IMG/VR virus record: IMGVR_UViG_3300025127_000001
Span: 562 to 64,561 of that record
Source of the DNA: a virus
Lineage: Duplodnaviria > Caudoviricetes
Strand: one strand, 5' to 3'
DNA: 64,000 nt
The first letter of the stretch is position 1; each line of letters opens with the position of its first letter. Below, piece after piece: positions 22,093 to 31,146 of the stretch. The position numbers and the translations under genes are program-made. Under the pieces are notes generated by a model. That model saw only the letters and a list, made by a program, of their open reading frames with translations, had not been told where the DNA came from and ran no database searches.

Positions 22093-25000
22093 ATGGAAGA
22101 GCTAGAAGTTATTGTACAACGTATGATTGACGCTGGAGAACCTGAAGAAAATATTAAACTAGTAATAGAAGAATATAGTAGAAGACAGGGAAAGCTAGCA
22201 GGTGTTGCGGAGACGGATGCAACTGTAGCACCGGAGCCAATAGCATCCGAGAGTACGGGATCAAACTTGGAAGATGGTTCTTTGGATTTAGATATAAAAG
22301 ATAGATCTATACCTAAAACTCCTCAAGGTGAATTAGTTTATGGTGATCAAAGAAGTTTTGATCAACAGATTATTGATTTCCAAAAGAACTATAATGACGC
22401 TATATTAGGTCAAGGTAAATATTCTTTTTTAGCTGATAAACCTAAAGCAGATAGATTACTTTTTGCTGATAAAATGGTTTCTAAACCTAGATACTTTAGC
22501 TCTGTTTATAACAAGTCTAAAGACAAGTATGAGGTTAAGCCAAGTAAAGGTATGTATGATAGAATATCTAGTTACTTACCTGATGACTTTAATTTATACG
22601 ATACACCTGAGCAATTTAATCAAGCGTTAGAAGATGGTAGAGCTCAAGCTCTACAACAAGATCCTATTGTAACTCAAATGTTAGAATCAAGATCTGCTTT
22701 GATGTCTGACGATTATAAAGAGTGGGAAGCTAACAAACGTAATGAATGGGATTTAACTACAGAAGAAGGTGTTATAGCTGCTAATAAAGAAGCTAATGAA
22801 TGGTTTTTAAAAAATATAGTTGAACCTGTAGAAAACTCTCAAACATTTAAAAGAGTGTTTAACGAGTACACAGACGTTACTGAAGCTATAATGGGTGAAA
22901 GACATGTGGGTTATGGTAGAAGTAAAGATCCGTTTTTAAGCAAAGACCCTAGTTCTTTACGTGAAGGCTGGAGGAAAGGTTGGAAACAATTTGGTTTAGG
23001 TTTTGAGAAAGCTGGTTTAAGTGCTGAGCATGGCGCGCTAGAAGATTATCTTGTAGAATTAAACGGCTTGCTAGATAAAGATCCAAATGAAGAAGTAAGA
23101 GTTAAACAAAAAGCTTCTATGCCTGCAAGTGCTTATGGTGCTGTATCAATAAAACCAGATAGAAGACTTACTGCTGAGGAAAGATCTAAAGAGTTGATAG
23201 ATCTTATTCTACAAACACAAGATAATATTAAGGGTAAAGTAAAAAACATAGCAGGTAAAGAAGCTGAATTAGGTTTATATAGAGCACCTGATTATGATGA
23301 TGGTATTAGTTTAGAAGACATACTTTTAACAACAGGTGAAGCAGGTTCTAGTTTAGTTGTTGTTGGTGGATCAGCTGCGCTAAGTCCATTTACTGGAGGA
23401 GCTAGTGGTGTGCTTGGTTTAACAGCTATGTTTGGTAGTATATATGGTCAGAACTATTATGATACTATATTACAAGGTTTAAAGGAAGACGGTATAGATG
23501 CTTCAAACCCTGAATTTGATAAACTAGTTGCTGAAGCTATTAGTGAAGGTAAATATGCGAATAGAGCTGAAGTCGCTGGGTTTGCAGCTGTAGAAACTGG
23601 ACTAGAAAGACTTGGTGCAGCTCCGCTTGTAAAAAACTTTATTAAGTCTATAGGACTTGGAACGTTAAACAAGAAAACATCTGCATCGTTATTTAGAAAC
23701 CAATGGAAACAGTTTGCTAAAAACGCTCCACAAAACGTTAGAGCTGTTGGTACATCTGGTTTAAGAGAAGCTGGAACTGAAGCTGGTCAAGCTGGTGTAT
23801 CTCAATTAAGTAAAGGTATACAGTTAGCAGATGATTTTGAAAACATAACTGCTACAAGTTATTTTGATCCAGCTGAAATAAGAGATAATGCTATAGCTGG
23901 TGGTATAGTTGGTGTTGTTACTCTTGGCGGTGGTAAGGTTGCTGGTCAAGCAACTATTGAATCTAGACAGTTATATAGAACTGCAGCAACAAGATTTAAT
24001 TCAAGAGACGCAGAAAGTATTAAAATAGTAGAAGCTTATTTTAAAAATCAAGAAAACAATTTAAAAGGAGATCTTGCTGCTAATAAAATAAATCAAGATC
24101 AATACGATAATCAAATGCAAGAGCTATCTAACGCTCGTAATGCTGGTTACAATATACCTTCTAACTTTAGTATTGAAAACAAAGAAAGATCTTTTGATCT
24201 TATAATGGAACGAAACGGTTTAAACAAACAGCTTAAACAACAAGACGATGCGCTTGCTCAACCTATAAAAGATCGTATAAAAGAAATAAATACAGAGCTT
24301 GCTGAGATAGGTAAGTCAGAGTTTAGTACACAAGTTATTGGTGGTGCTACTAAAATATCTAAAGCTCTTGATGTTCCTATAGAATATTTTAAAGATGACG
24401 CAGCTGTAACAAATAAGTTAAATGAACTTGAACAACAAGGTTATAATGTTGGTGATAAAAAAAATACTAACTTTGGTACTATTGTAGAAAATAGTGATGG
24501 TGATAAATTTATATTAATAAATCAAGCTAGAAACGAAGGTAAAGCTACAACAGAAGCTCATGAAGTTCTGCATGCTATATTATCACAAACAATAGGAACA
24601 GATGCAGAGCTTGCTAAAAAAATTGGTACATCGTTATTAAATGAGCTGACTACAAATAGTAAGATATTAGATTTAACAGATAACTTTGCTACACGTTTAG
24701 CTGGTTATGATTTAGAAAATAACCCACAAAACTTTGAAGAAGTATTAACACTGCTTAGCGAGGAGATGCTTGAAGGCAGAATTGTTTACAATGAAAGTGT
24801 TATGGAACGTATAGGTAGAATATTATCCGAAGCTTTTGCTAAGCTAACAGGTAAACCTATTACGTTTGAAAACGGTAAAGATGTATTTAACTTTGTAAGA
24901 GATTATAACAAAAGTGTTATAAAGGGTGAATTAACTGGCAGACAAAAAGCAGCCGCGGTAGAAGGTATACAAGTTGGAGATATTGATAGTGATGGTACAA

Positions 25001-28000
25001 GAGGACCATTAGCTTCTGGTACTGTAGTAGAAACAATTAACAATATAATACCTGAAACTATAACTACAAAAGATCAGTTTCAGTCTGACCCAAGAGTTTT
25101 TGGAGATGCGTTTAAAGCTACAGAAAAAGGTGGTGTAATATACAACTATGTTAATTCAAGGTCTAGTAGTAAAGAGCAAGCTGATGGTACATTAAGAAGT
25201 ATACAGGAAAGGTTATTAAACTACGACCCAGCAACAGGTAAATCATTTGCTGAATTTATTTTTTCTAACACTAACTTCGCTAGATTAGACGCTAACAAAG
25301 CTTTATTTAAAGAAAGCCAAAGACAAAGAACAGAAGGTACTAGCATAGACAGTGAACAAGCTAGACAAGTTGTAGATCCATCGACAGTATCAGGACCAGC
25401 GGTTGATGTGACTGTAGACGAAAAGGTTACAACTAAAATTGATCCATTAAGCTTTGAAAAAGTTACACCAGAAAAGCAAACTAAGATTAAAAATATAGTT
25501 GATATTAAGTCAGAGGACGTATCTAAGATCACACCTAAGGAACTTAATAATAGATACGCTGGTAAAGTTGCAGAAGTAATATTTGAAGTTCCTGAAACTA
25601 AAATTACCGACGCAAAGAAAAACTTAACTTACGCTAAAAAAATAGTAAAAGGAGTACAAGAAAAGTCTGAAGCTGGTAATATACAAGAGTTTTTTAGAGT
25701 TGGTCAAAACATGAAAAACTTTATTAAGATATTACCTGAGTTTAATGTAGCGCAAAATGAGGGTGATATATCTGATGTGGGTATTGAAGGTGAGAGTATA
25801 GCTGTAGACCCAACTGTTAAAGGTGTTTCTGTAGGTATTAACAATAGGTTGTTAAATTATTTCTACGAAGACTTTGTAGATCCAACAGGTGCTATTACTA
25901 CACCAGGTGGAAGGAGTAAAGGTTTAACTAGTCAAACAAAAGTTAAAAGATTAAAGCCTGAGTTTAGAAATCCTACACAAGAAGTTATAGATCAGGTTAA
26001 AGTAGATATAGGTATTACACCTCGTGGAGAGCTTAATCAATATGACAGAAGTATAGGTCAGATGTTAAAGGGAATGGCGAAACTTCAGGCGCAAAATACT
26101 GTAAGCAGGGCGGCCCGCCAAAAAGTAAAAGCACTTCCTGGTATTGAGCAAACGAAAAAACGCCAAACCGTGGCTAACATTACTAGTACAAAATCTAGAA
26201 TTATGGCCTCACAAGTGTTTGAAGAAACACTTAATGACCTACAAAAAAGTGATGTAGCTACAGAATATGATGCTGCTAGAAATAATAAGATATGGAAGCG
26301 TATAGCTAAAGATGTGGGTGTAGATTTTATTGAAGCAACTAACGAAGCTGATAGAGTTAAGTTCAAAGCTTTTGTATTAGAGAAATTACCTAAATATCTA
26401 CCACAAGCTTTCTTTACACCAGGCACTTTTGCTGGCGCCGGTAAGTCTGGTTATAAAAGAAACTTTTTCTTTTTAAGTAAAGATGAATTAACAGACTTAA
26501 TACGAGGAGTAGAGTTTGCAAAAGAAAACAAAGCTATTACGGCCGCTGTTACTAAAACCAATATTACCACTGGCACGGGTAAAAATAGAAAAGTATCTAA
26601 CGTCGCTATGCGTAGGTTTGAAGATGGTACTATAGCTAAAGAAAATAAATTAAAACAAAAAGGTTTAGAAGATATATTTTTAGCTCTTGAAAAGATGATG
26701 AAAGATGATAAGTCTACTATACCATTTGTTATATCATTACTTAGTAGCACTAGTCAATATCAAGGGCATTTCATGAGAGCAGCATCACCATGGACCTTTA
26801 TATCTAAAGATATAGAAAACGATGCTATTGTAGAAGAACACGTGTTACCTGCTAGTCTAGTTTCTAAGTATTTGTTTGCATCGGCATTAGAAGGTAAGAT
26901 TAAAAAGAATTATCCTGATGTAAAGAAAAATTATTTTCAAGGTATACTGTCTGATACAAACGATAAGAAGTTAAAACTAAGAGGCGAATTTAATTATCAA
27001 AGTATGCCGCCTGCTGGTTGGCAGATGTCAGATAATATATGGGCTAGATATTTTAATACCAATGTTGGTAATAATAATTTCGGTATAAGTCCTAGTGATA
27101 TTGTTTTAATAAATAAAAAGACAATAGCTCAAGAACTAAACATAGATCAATACGGTAACACAGTACCTAGAACATTTGCATCTCAACAAGAAAAAGCTTC
27201 TGAAAAAGATAACAAGATATTAGCTAAATCTATAAGACCAGTAAAAGCTAGTAAGTCTTTACCTACAAACTTATCGTTAAGTAAATTAGTAGACGAAGCT
27301 TTAAACAAAGCTAGAGATCCTAGAGCTTCTGAAAAAGGTATTAGTGTATTTGATTTTGATGATACTGTAGCTACAAGTAAAAGTATGGTTATAGTTAATA
27401 TGCCTAACGGTAATACTAAAAAAATTACTCCAGCTGAGTTTGCAAAACAACACAGCACACTAGAAGGGCAAGGGGCTAAGTTTGATTTTAGTGAGTTTAA
27501 TAAAGTTGTTGATGGGAAGCCTGGGCCATTAGCTGCTAAAATGGAAAAAGCAATTAATAAGTTTGGAAACAAAGACGTATTTATACTTACAGCTAGACCA
27601 CAAGAATCAGCTCAAGCTATATATGATTTTTTAAAAGGTATAGGTTTAGAAATACCACTAGGTAATATAACAGGTTTGGCAGACGGAACACCACAAGCAA
27701 AGGCTAGATGGATAGTAGGTAAAGCAGCTGAAGGTTACAATGACTTTTATTTTGCTGACGATGTATATAAAAATGTTAAAGCTGTACAAGACGCATTAAG
27801 TGTATTAGATGTTAAATCTAAAATAAGACAAGCTAGAATATTGGCAAGTAAAGATCTTGATAAAGACTTTAACGACATTATAGAAAACAAAACAGGTATT
27901 GCTTCTGAAAAAACTTATGGTCAAGTTAAAGGTGAAGTTGCTGGTAAAGATAAAGGTAGGTTTAATATATTTGTTCCACCGTCAGCTGAAGATTTCGTAG

Positions 28001-29847
28001 GTTTATTATACGCTACGTTAGGTAAAGGTAAAGTTGGTGATTCACAGATGGCTTGGTACAAAGCTAATTTATTAGACCCATATGCTAGAGCTATGACTAA
28101 TATATCTCGTGCTAGACGAGCAATGTTTGAAGATTACAAAGCATTAAAGAAACAAATAAAGATTAAACCAAAAGATCTTAAAAAGAAAGTACCAGGTGAA
28201 CCATTTACACGCGAGCAAGCTGTAAGAGTTTATATATGGAACCAACAAGGTATGGAAGTTCCTGGTATAAGTAAGGCAGATAATAAAGATTTAGTTGACT
28301 TTGTTAATAAAAACGAAACACTAAAAACATTTGCTGACCAATTAATAGGTATGCAAAAAGGTACAGAGTATGCTGCGCCTAAAGTAGGTTGGCCAGCTGG
28401 TACTATAACAACTGATTTATTAAACACTATAGGTACTGTTAAAAGATCTTTGTATCTACAACAATGGCAGGAAAATGCTGATATAATATTTTCTGAAAAG
28501 AATATGAATAAGCTTGAAGCTGCGTTTGGTAAACCATATAGAAAAGCTTTAGAAGGTATGCTAGCTCGTATGAAGAGTGGTCGTAATAGAAGCTTTGATG
28601 GTGATACAATGACTGGTAAATTTACAGACTGGTTAACAGGTCAAATCGGTACAATCATGTTCTTTAATACTAGATCAGCTTTACTACAGTTAATATCATC
28701 TGCTAACTTTGTAAACTTTACAGACAATAATATATACAACGCTGCTAAAGTGTATGCTAATCAACCTCAGTATTGGAAAGATGTAATGATGTTAATGAAC
28801 TCAGACTTCTTAGTTGAAAGACGTAGTGGTTTAAGGTTTAACGTTAATGAGTCTGATATTGCTGACATGGCTAAGCAAGCTGGATACAGAGGTGTTGTAT
28901 CTAAGTTGTTACAATTTGGTTTCTTACCAACACAAATAGCTGATAGTTTAGCTATCGCAACAGGTGGCGCTACTCTTTATAGAAATAGAATTAATACATA
29001 CAAGAAACAAGGTATGGATCAGAAAGCTGCAGAAGAAAAAGCTTTTCAAGATTTTAGAGAAATAGCTGAAGAAGCTCAGCAGTCTAGTAGACCTGATAGA
29101 ATATCCGCACAACAAGCTGGACCATTAGGTAGAATAATATTAGCATTTGGTAACACACCTATGCAGTATATGAGGTTAATTAAAAAAGCCGCGTCTGATA
29201 TTAAAAATGGTAGAGGTGATTTTAAAACAAATGCTTCTAAAATAGTTTACTACATGCTAGTTCAAAACTTAATATTCAACGCCCTGCAACAAGCTATATT
29301 TGCTGTAGCATTTGGTGACATCGAAGAGGAAGATGAAAATAGTAAGTATGTAAACATAGCTAATGGTATGGCGGACTCATTATTAAGAGGTATGGGTATT
29401 GGTGGAGCTATTGTTTCTATAGGAAAAAATGTAGGTAAAAGAATATACGACGAAAGCCAAAAGAAAAATCCTAAGTTTGAAAAGATAGGTTATGAAGTTG
29501 CTAAGTTATCACCTCCATTATCAGCTAAGCTTTCAAGAATAAATCAAGCAGCAAGATCGTACCAATGGGATAAAGATAAAATGATGAGTGAAGGATTGTC
29601 GCTTGAAAACCCTGCGTACTTAGCAGGAGCAAATATTATTGCAGCTACTACAAACATACCATTAGATAGAGCAATAAAGAAAACAAACAATGTTGTACAA
29701 GCTACAACTCAAGACTTAGAAACCTGGGAAAGGTTTGCATTGCTAGGTGGTTGGCAAGACTGGGAACTAGGTATTGAAGACGAAGAAAAAAAGAAAACAA
29801 AAAAGAAAAAATCATCAAATAAAAAACGTAGATTCGTAATAGATTAA
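22093..29847 (+). CDS. Giant multidomain internal virion protein (zincin HExxH, sigma-like, HNH-like and HAD domains)
   Basis: 2584 aa; HEVLH at ~aa 823; sigma region-2-like segment ~aa 1010-1090; EEHVLP; HAD motifs VFDFDDT/ILTAR/FADD. Confidence 0.7.
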   Translation: MEELEVIVQRMIDAGEPEENIKLVIEEYSRRQGKLAGVAETDATVAPEPIASESTGSNLEDGSLDLDIKDRSIPKTPQGELVYGDQRSFDQQIIDFQKNYNDAILGQGKYSFLADKPKADRLLFADKMVSKPRYFSSVYNKSKDKYEVKPSKGMYDRISSYLPDDFNLYDTPEQFNQALEDGRAQALQQDPIVTQMLESRSALMSDDYKEWEANKRNEWDLTTEEGVIAANKEANEWFLKNIVEPVENSQTFKRVFNEYTDVTEAIMGERHVGYGRSKDPFLSKDPSSLREGWRKGWKQFGLGFEKAGLSAEHGALEDYLVELNGLLDKDPNEEVRVKQKASMPASAYGAVSIKPDRRLTAEERSKELIDLILQTQDNIKGKVKNIAGKEAELGLYRAPDYDDGISLEDILLTTGEAGSSLVVVGGSAALSPFTGGASGVLGLTAMFGSIYGQNYYDTILQGLKEDGIDASNPEFDKLVAEAISEGKYANRAEVAGFAAVETGLERLGAAPLVKNFIKSIGLGTLNKKTSASLFRNQWKQFAKNAPQNVRAVGTSGLREAGTEAGQAGVSQLSKGIQLADDFENITATSYFDPAEIRDNAIAGGIVGVVTLGGGKVAGQATIESRQLYRTAATRFNSRDAESIKIVEAYFKNQENNLKGDLAANKINQDQYDNQMQELSNARNAGYNIPSNFSIENKERSFDLIMERNGLNKQLKQQDDALAQPIKDRIKEINTELAEIGKSEFSTQVIGGATKISKALDVPIEYFKDDAAVTNKLNELEQQGYNVGDKKNTNFGTIVENSDGDKFILINQARNEGKATTEAHEVLHAILSQTIGTDAELAKKIGTSLLNELTTNSKILDLTDNFATRLAGYDLENNPQNFEEVLTLLSEEMLEGRIVYNESVMERIGRILSEAFAKLTGKPITFENGKDVFNFVRDYNKSVIKGELTGRQKAAAVEGIQVGDIDSDGTRGPLASGTVVETINNIIPETITTKDQFQSDPRVFGDAFKATEKGGVIYNYVNSRSSSKEQADGTLRSIQERLLNYDPATGKSFAEFIFSNTNFARLDANKALFKESQRQRTEGTSIDSEQARQVVDPSTVSGPAVDVTVDEKVTTKIDPLSFEKVTPEKQTKIKNIVDIKSEDVSKITPKELNNRYAGKVAEVIFEVPETKITDAKKNLTYAKKIVKGVQEKSEAGNIQEFFRVGQNMKNFIKILPEFNVAQNEGDISDVGIEGESIAVDPTVKGVSVGINNRLLNYFYEDFVDPTGAITTPGGRSKGLTSQTKVKRLKPEFRNPTQEVIDQVKVDIGITPRGELNQYDRSIGQMLKGMAKLQAQNTVSRAARQKVKALPGIEQTKKRQTVANITSTKSRIMASQVFEETLNDLQKSDVATEYDAARNNKIWKRIAKDVGVDFIEATNEADRVKFKAFVLEKLPKYLPQAFFTPGTFAGAGKSGYKRNFFFLSKDELTDLIRGVEFAKENKAITAAVTKTNITTGTGKNRKVSNVAMRRFEDGTIAKENKLKQKGLEDIFLALEKMMKDDKSTIPFVISLLSSTSQYQGHFMRAASPWTFISKDIENDAIVEEHVLPASLVSKYLFASALEGKIKKNYPDVKKNYFQGILSDTNDKKLKLRGEFNYQSMPPAGWQMSDNIWARYFNTNVGNNNFGISPSDIVLINKKTIAQELNIDQYGNTVPRTFASQQEKASEKDNKILAKSIRPVKASKSLPTNLSLSKLVDEALNKARDPRASEKGISVFDFDDTVATSKSMVIVNMPNGNTKKITPAEFAKQHSTLEGQGAKFDFSEFNKVVDGKPGPLAAKMEKAINKFGNKDVFILTARPQESAQAIYDFLKGIGLEIPLGNITGLADGTPQAKARWIVGKAAEGYNDFYFADDVYKNVKAVQDALSVLDVKSKIRQARILASKDLDKDFNDIIENKTGIASEKTYGQVKGEVAGKDKGRFNIFVPPSAEDFVGLLYATLGKGKVGDSQMAWYKANLLDPYARAMTNISRARRAMFEDYKALKKQIKIKPKDLKKKVPGEPFTREQAVRVYIWNQQGMEVPGISKADNKDLVDFVNKNETLKTFADQLIGMQKGTEYAAPKVGWPAGTITTDLLNTIGTVKRSLYLQQWQENADIIFSEKNMNKLEAAFGKPYRKALEGMLARMKSGRNRSFDGDTMTGKFTDWLTGQIGTIMFFNTRSALLQLISSANFVNFTDNNIYNAAKVYANQPQYWKDVMMLMNSDFLVERRSGLRFNVNESDIADMAKQAGYRGVVSKLLQFGFLPTQIADSLAIATGGATLYRNRINTYKKQGMDQKAAEEKAFQDFREIAEEAQQSSRPDRISAQQAGPLGRIILAFGNTPMQYMRLIKKAASDIKNGRGDFKTNASKIVYYMLVQNLIFNALQQAIFAVAFGDIEEEDENSKYVNIANGMADSLLRGMGIGGAIVSIGKNVGKRIYDESQKKNPKFEKIGYEVAKLSPPLSAKLSRINQAARSYQWDKDKMMSEGLSLENPAYLAGANIIAATTNIPLDRAIKKTNNVVQATTQDLETWERFALLGGWQDWELGIEDEEKKKTKKKKSSNKKRRFVID

Positions 29848-29862
29848 ACTAAATAAATAAAT

Positions 29863-30147
29863 ATGGCCACACAACTTGGAGAAAACACTAAGGTAACTCT
29901 AGATTTGAAGACAATAGGTATTGTAATAGTTGGTGCTATATCTCTAGCTGCAATGTATTTTACGCTGCAAAAAGAAATAGACATCGCTAAAAAATTACCT
30001 GAACCAACAATTAGTCGAACTGAATATGATTTGAAAGATCAACTAATACGTGAAACAATAATGAACACGCAAGATAAAGTTGAAGAGAATAGTAAGAAGT
30101 TAGATAAAATTGATGAGAAGTTATATGAAATAATTGAAGACAAATAA
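29863..30147 (+). CDS. Membrane-anchored coiled-coil protein
   Basis: One TM helix followed by a coiled coil. Confidence 0.5.
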   Translation: MATQLGENTKVTLDLKTIGIVIVGAISLAAMYFTLQKEIDIAKKLPEPTISRTEYDLKDQLIRETIMNTQDKVEENSKKLDKIDEKLYEIIEDK

Positions 30148-30149
30148 TC

Positions 30150-30503
30150 ATGAAAAAAATTATCACTTTAATATTAATTTTATTTTGTACTACTGCATTT
30201 ACACAGGATTATAAAATACTCCATATTAATGCTCACTGGAATGAAAGAAATACTTTAAAATTACCTAGCAAAATAGAAGGTGTAACTGTAGATTTTGCTT
30301 GGATTGAAGATCAAACAAAGAGTTTGCGAGAAAAAATTCAAGCAGTACCAGTAGTTATAGTATATGTTGAAGAAGAAAAAGAAAAGAGAGTTGTAAGAAA
30401 ATGGTCTGCTGATATAAGCTTTAAATTAAATATTAACGCAAAAGAAATATCTGAAGCTATAAAACAAGATAAACAAAAATCACATAGGCGTAAAACAAAT
30501 TAA
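30150..30503 (+). CDS. Signal-peptide protein with degenerate thioredoxin-like fold
   Basis: N-terminal signal; 'HINAHWN' and 'IQAVPVVIVY' (cis-Pro-like) but no CxxC. Confidence 0.4.
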   Translation: MKKIITLILILFCTTAFTQDYKILHINAHWNERNTLKLPSKIEGVTVDFAWIEDQTKSLREKIQAVPVVIVYVEEEKEKRVVRKWSADISFKLNINAKEISEAIKQDKQKSHRRKTN

Positions 30504-30504
30504 C

Positions 30505-30666
30505 ATGGCAAATAAAATAAAAAGAACAAAGATTAGTCCAGCTTGTAAAGCAGCGGCAAAAAAGAAATTTGATGTCTGGCCAAGCGCTTACGCTTCAGGT
30601 TGGGGCGTAAGATGTACTAAAGCTGGAGGCCCAGGTAAAATGGGTAAAAGTAAAAAGAAAAAGTAA
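30505..30666 (+). CDS. Small basic protein (not in ORF track)
   Basis: 53 aa MANKIKRTKISPACKAAAKKKFDVWPSAYASGWGVRCTKAGG...; stop overlaps next ATG. Confidence 0.65.
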   Translation: MANKIKRTKISPACKAAAKKKFDVWPSAYASGWGVRCTKAGGPGKMGKSKKKK

Positions 30667-30914
30667 TGGCTAATAAAATTAAAGGAGGCGGAACTAAAAA
30701 AGTTTGTCTGCCTAGAAAGAAATGGCTGTCAATGAGTAAAGAAGAAAGACAGAAGGTTGTTAACGCTAAGAAGTCTGCTGCGGCCAAAGGAAAGTATAAG
30801 AGATCTAGTAAGTCTAATGTAAAAGGTGCTCGTAAAAAAGGAGCTACACTTAGAGACTGGTTTGAAAAAGAAGATTGGGTTAATGTAGCTACAGGTAAAC
30901 CCTGTGGTGAATAA
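30666..30914 (+). CDS. Small basic protein
   Basis: 82 aa, K-rich, ends LRDWFEKEDWV...GKPCG. Confidence 0.65.
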   Translation: MANKIKGGGTKKVCLPRKKWLSMSKEERQKVVNAKKSAAAKGKYKRSSKSNVKGARKKGATLRDWFEKEDWVNVATGKPCGE

Positions 30915-30925
30915 ATAAAAATATT

Positions 30926-31066
30926 ATGGGAAAGTTATTAGTAAAATTAGGATTGTGGATACAACATATATGGTGTAAGTTATTATGTAAATGGAATTGG
31001 TTAATATCTAAGTTAATTGTAGATGTTAAAGAATGTCCAGTGGCACAATGCATGTGTAAAAAATAG
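30926..31066 (+). CDS. Small Cys/Trp-rich protein (not in ORF track)
   Basis: 46 aa MGKLLVKLGLWIQHIWCKLLCKWNW...CPVAQCMCKK. Confidence 0.5.
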   Translation: MGKLLVKLGLWIQHIWCKLLCKWNWLISKLIVDVKECPVAQCMCKK

Positions 31067-31113
31067 GGATCAAAGACATAACGGGCGTACCATACCCGAA
31101 AGATCCTGTAACC

Positions 31114-31146
31114 GAAGGGGAGCTCAATAGAGTTCCCCTTCTTTAT
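31114..31146. terminator. Terminator at convergence of the two arms
   Basis: GAAGGGGAGCTC-AATA-GAGTTCCCCTTC followed by TTT. Confidence 0.8.

Noticed and set aside
22093-29847. Virion RNA polymerase (crAss- or N4-type)
   Set aside because: No DxDxD motif in RNAP context and no T7-type motifs; DFDDT fits HAD motif I
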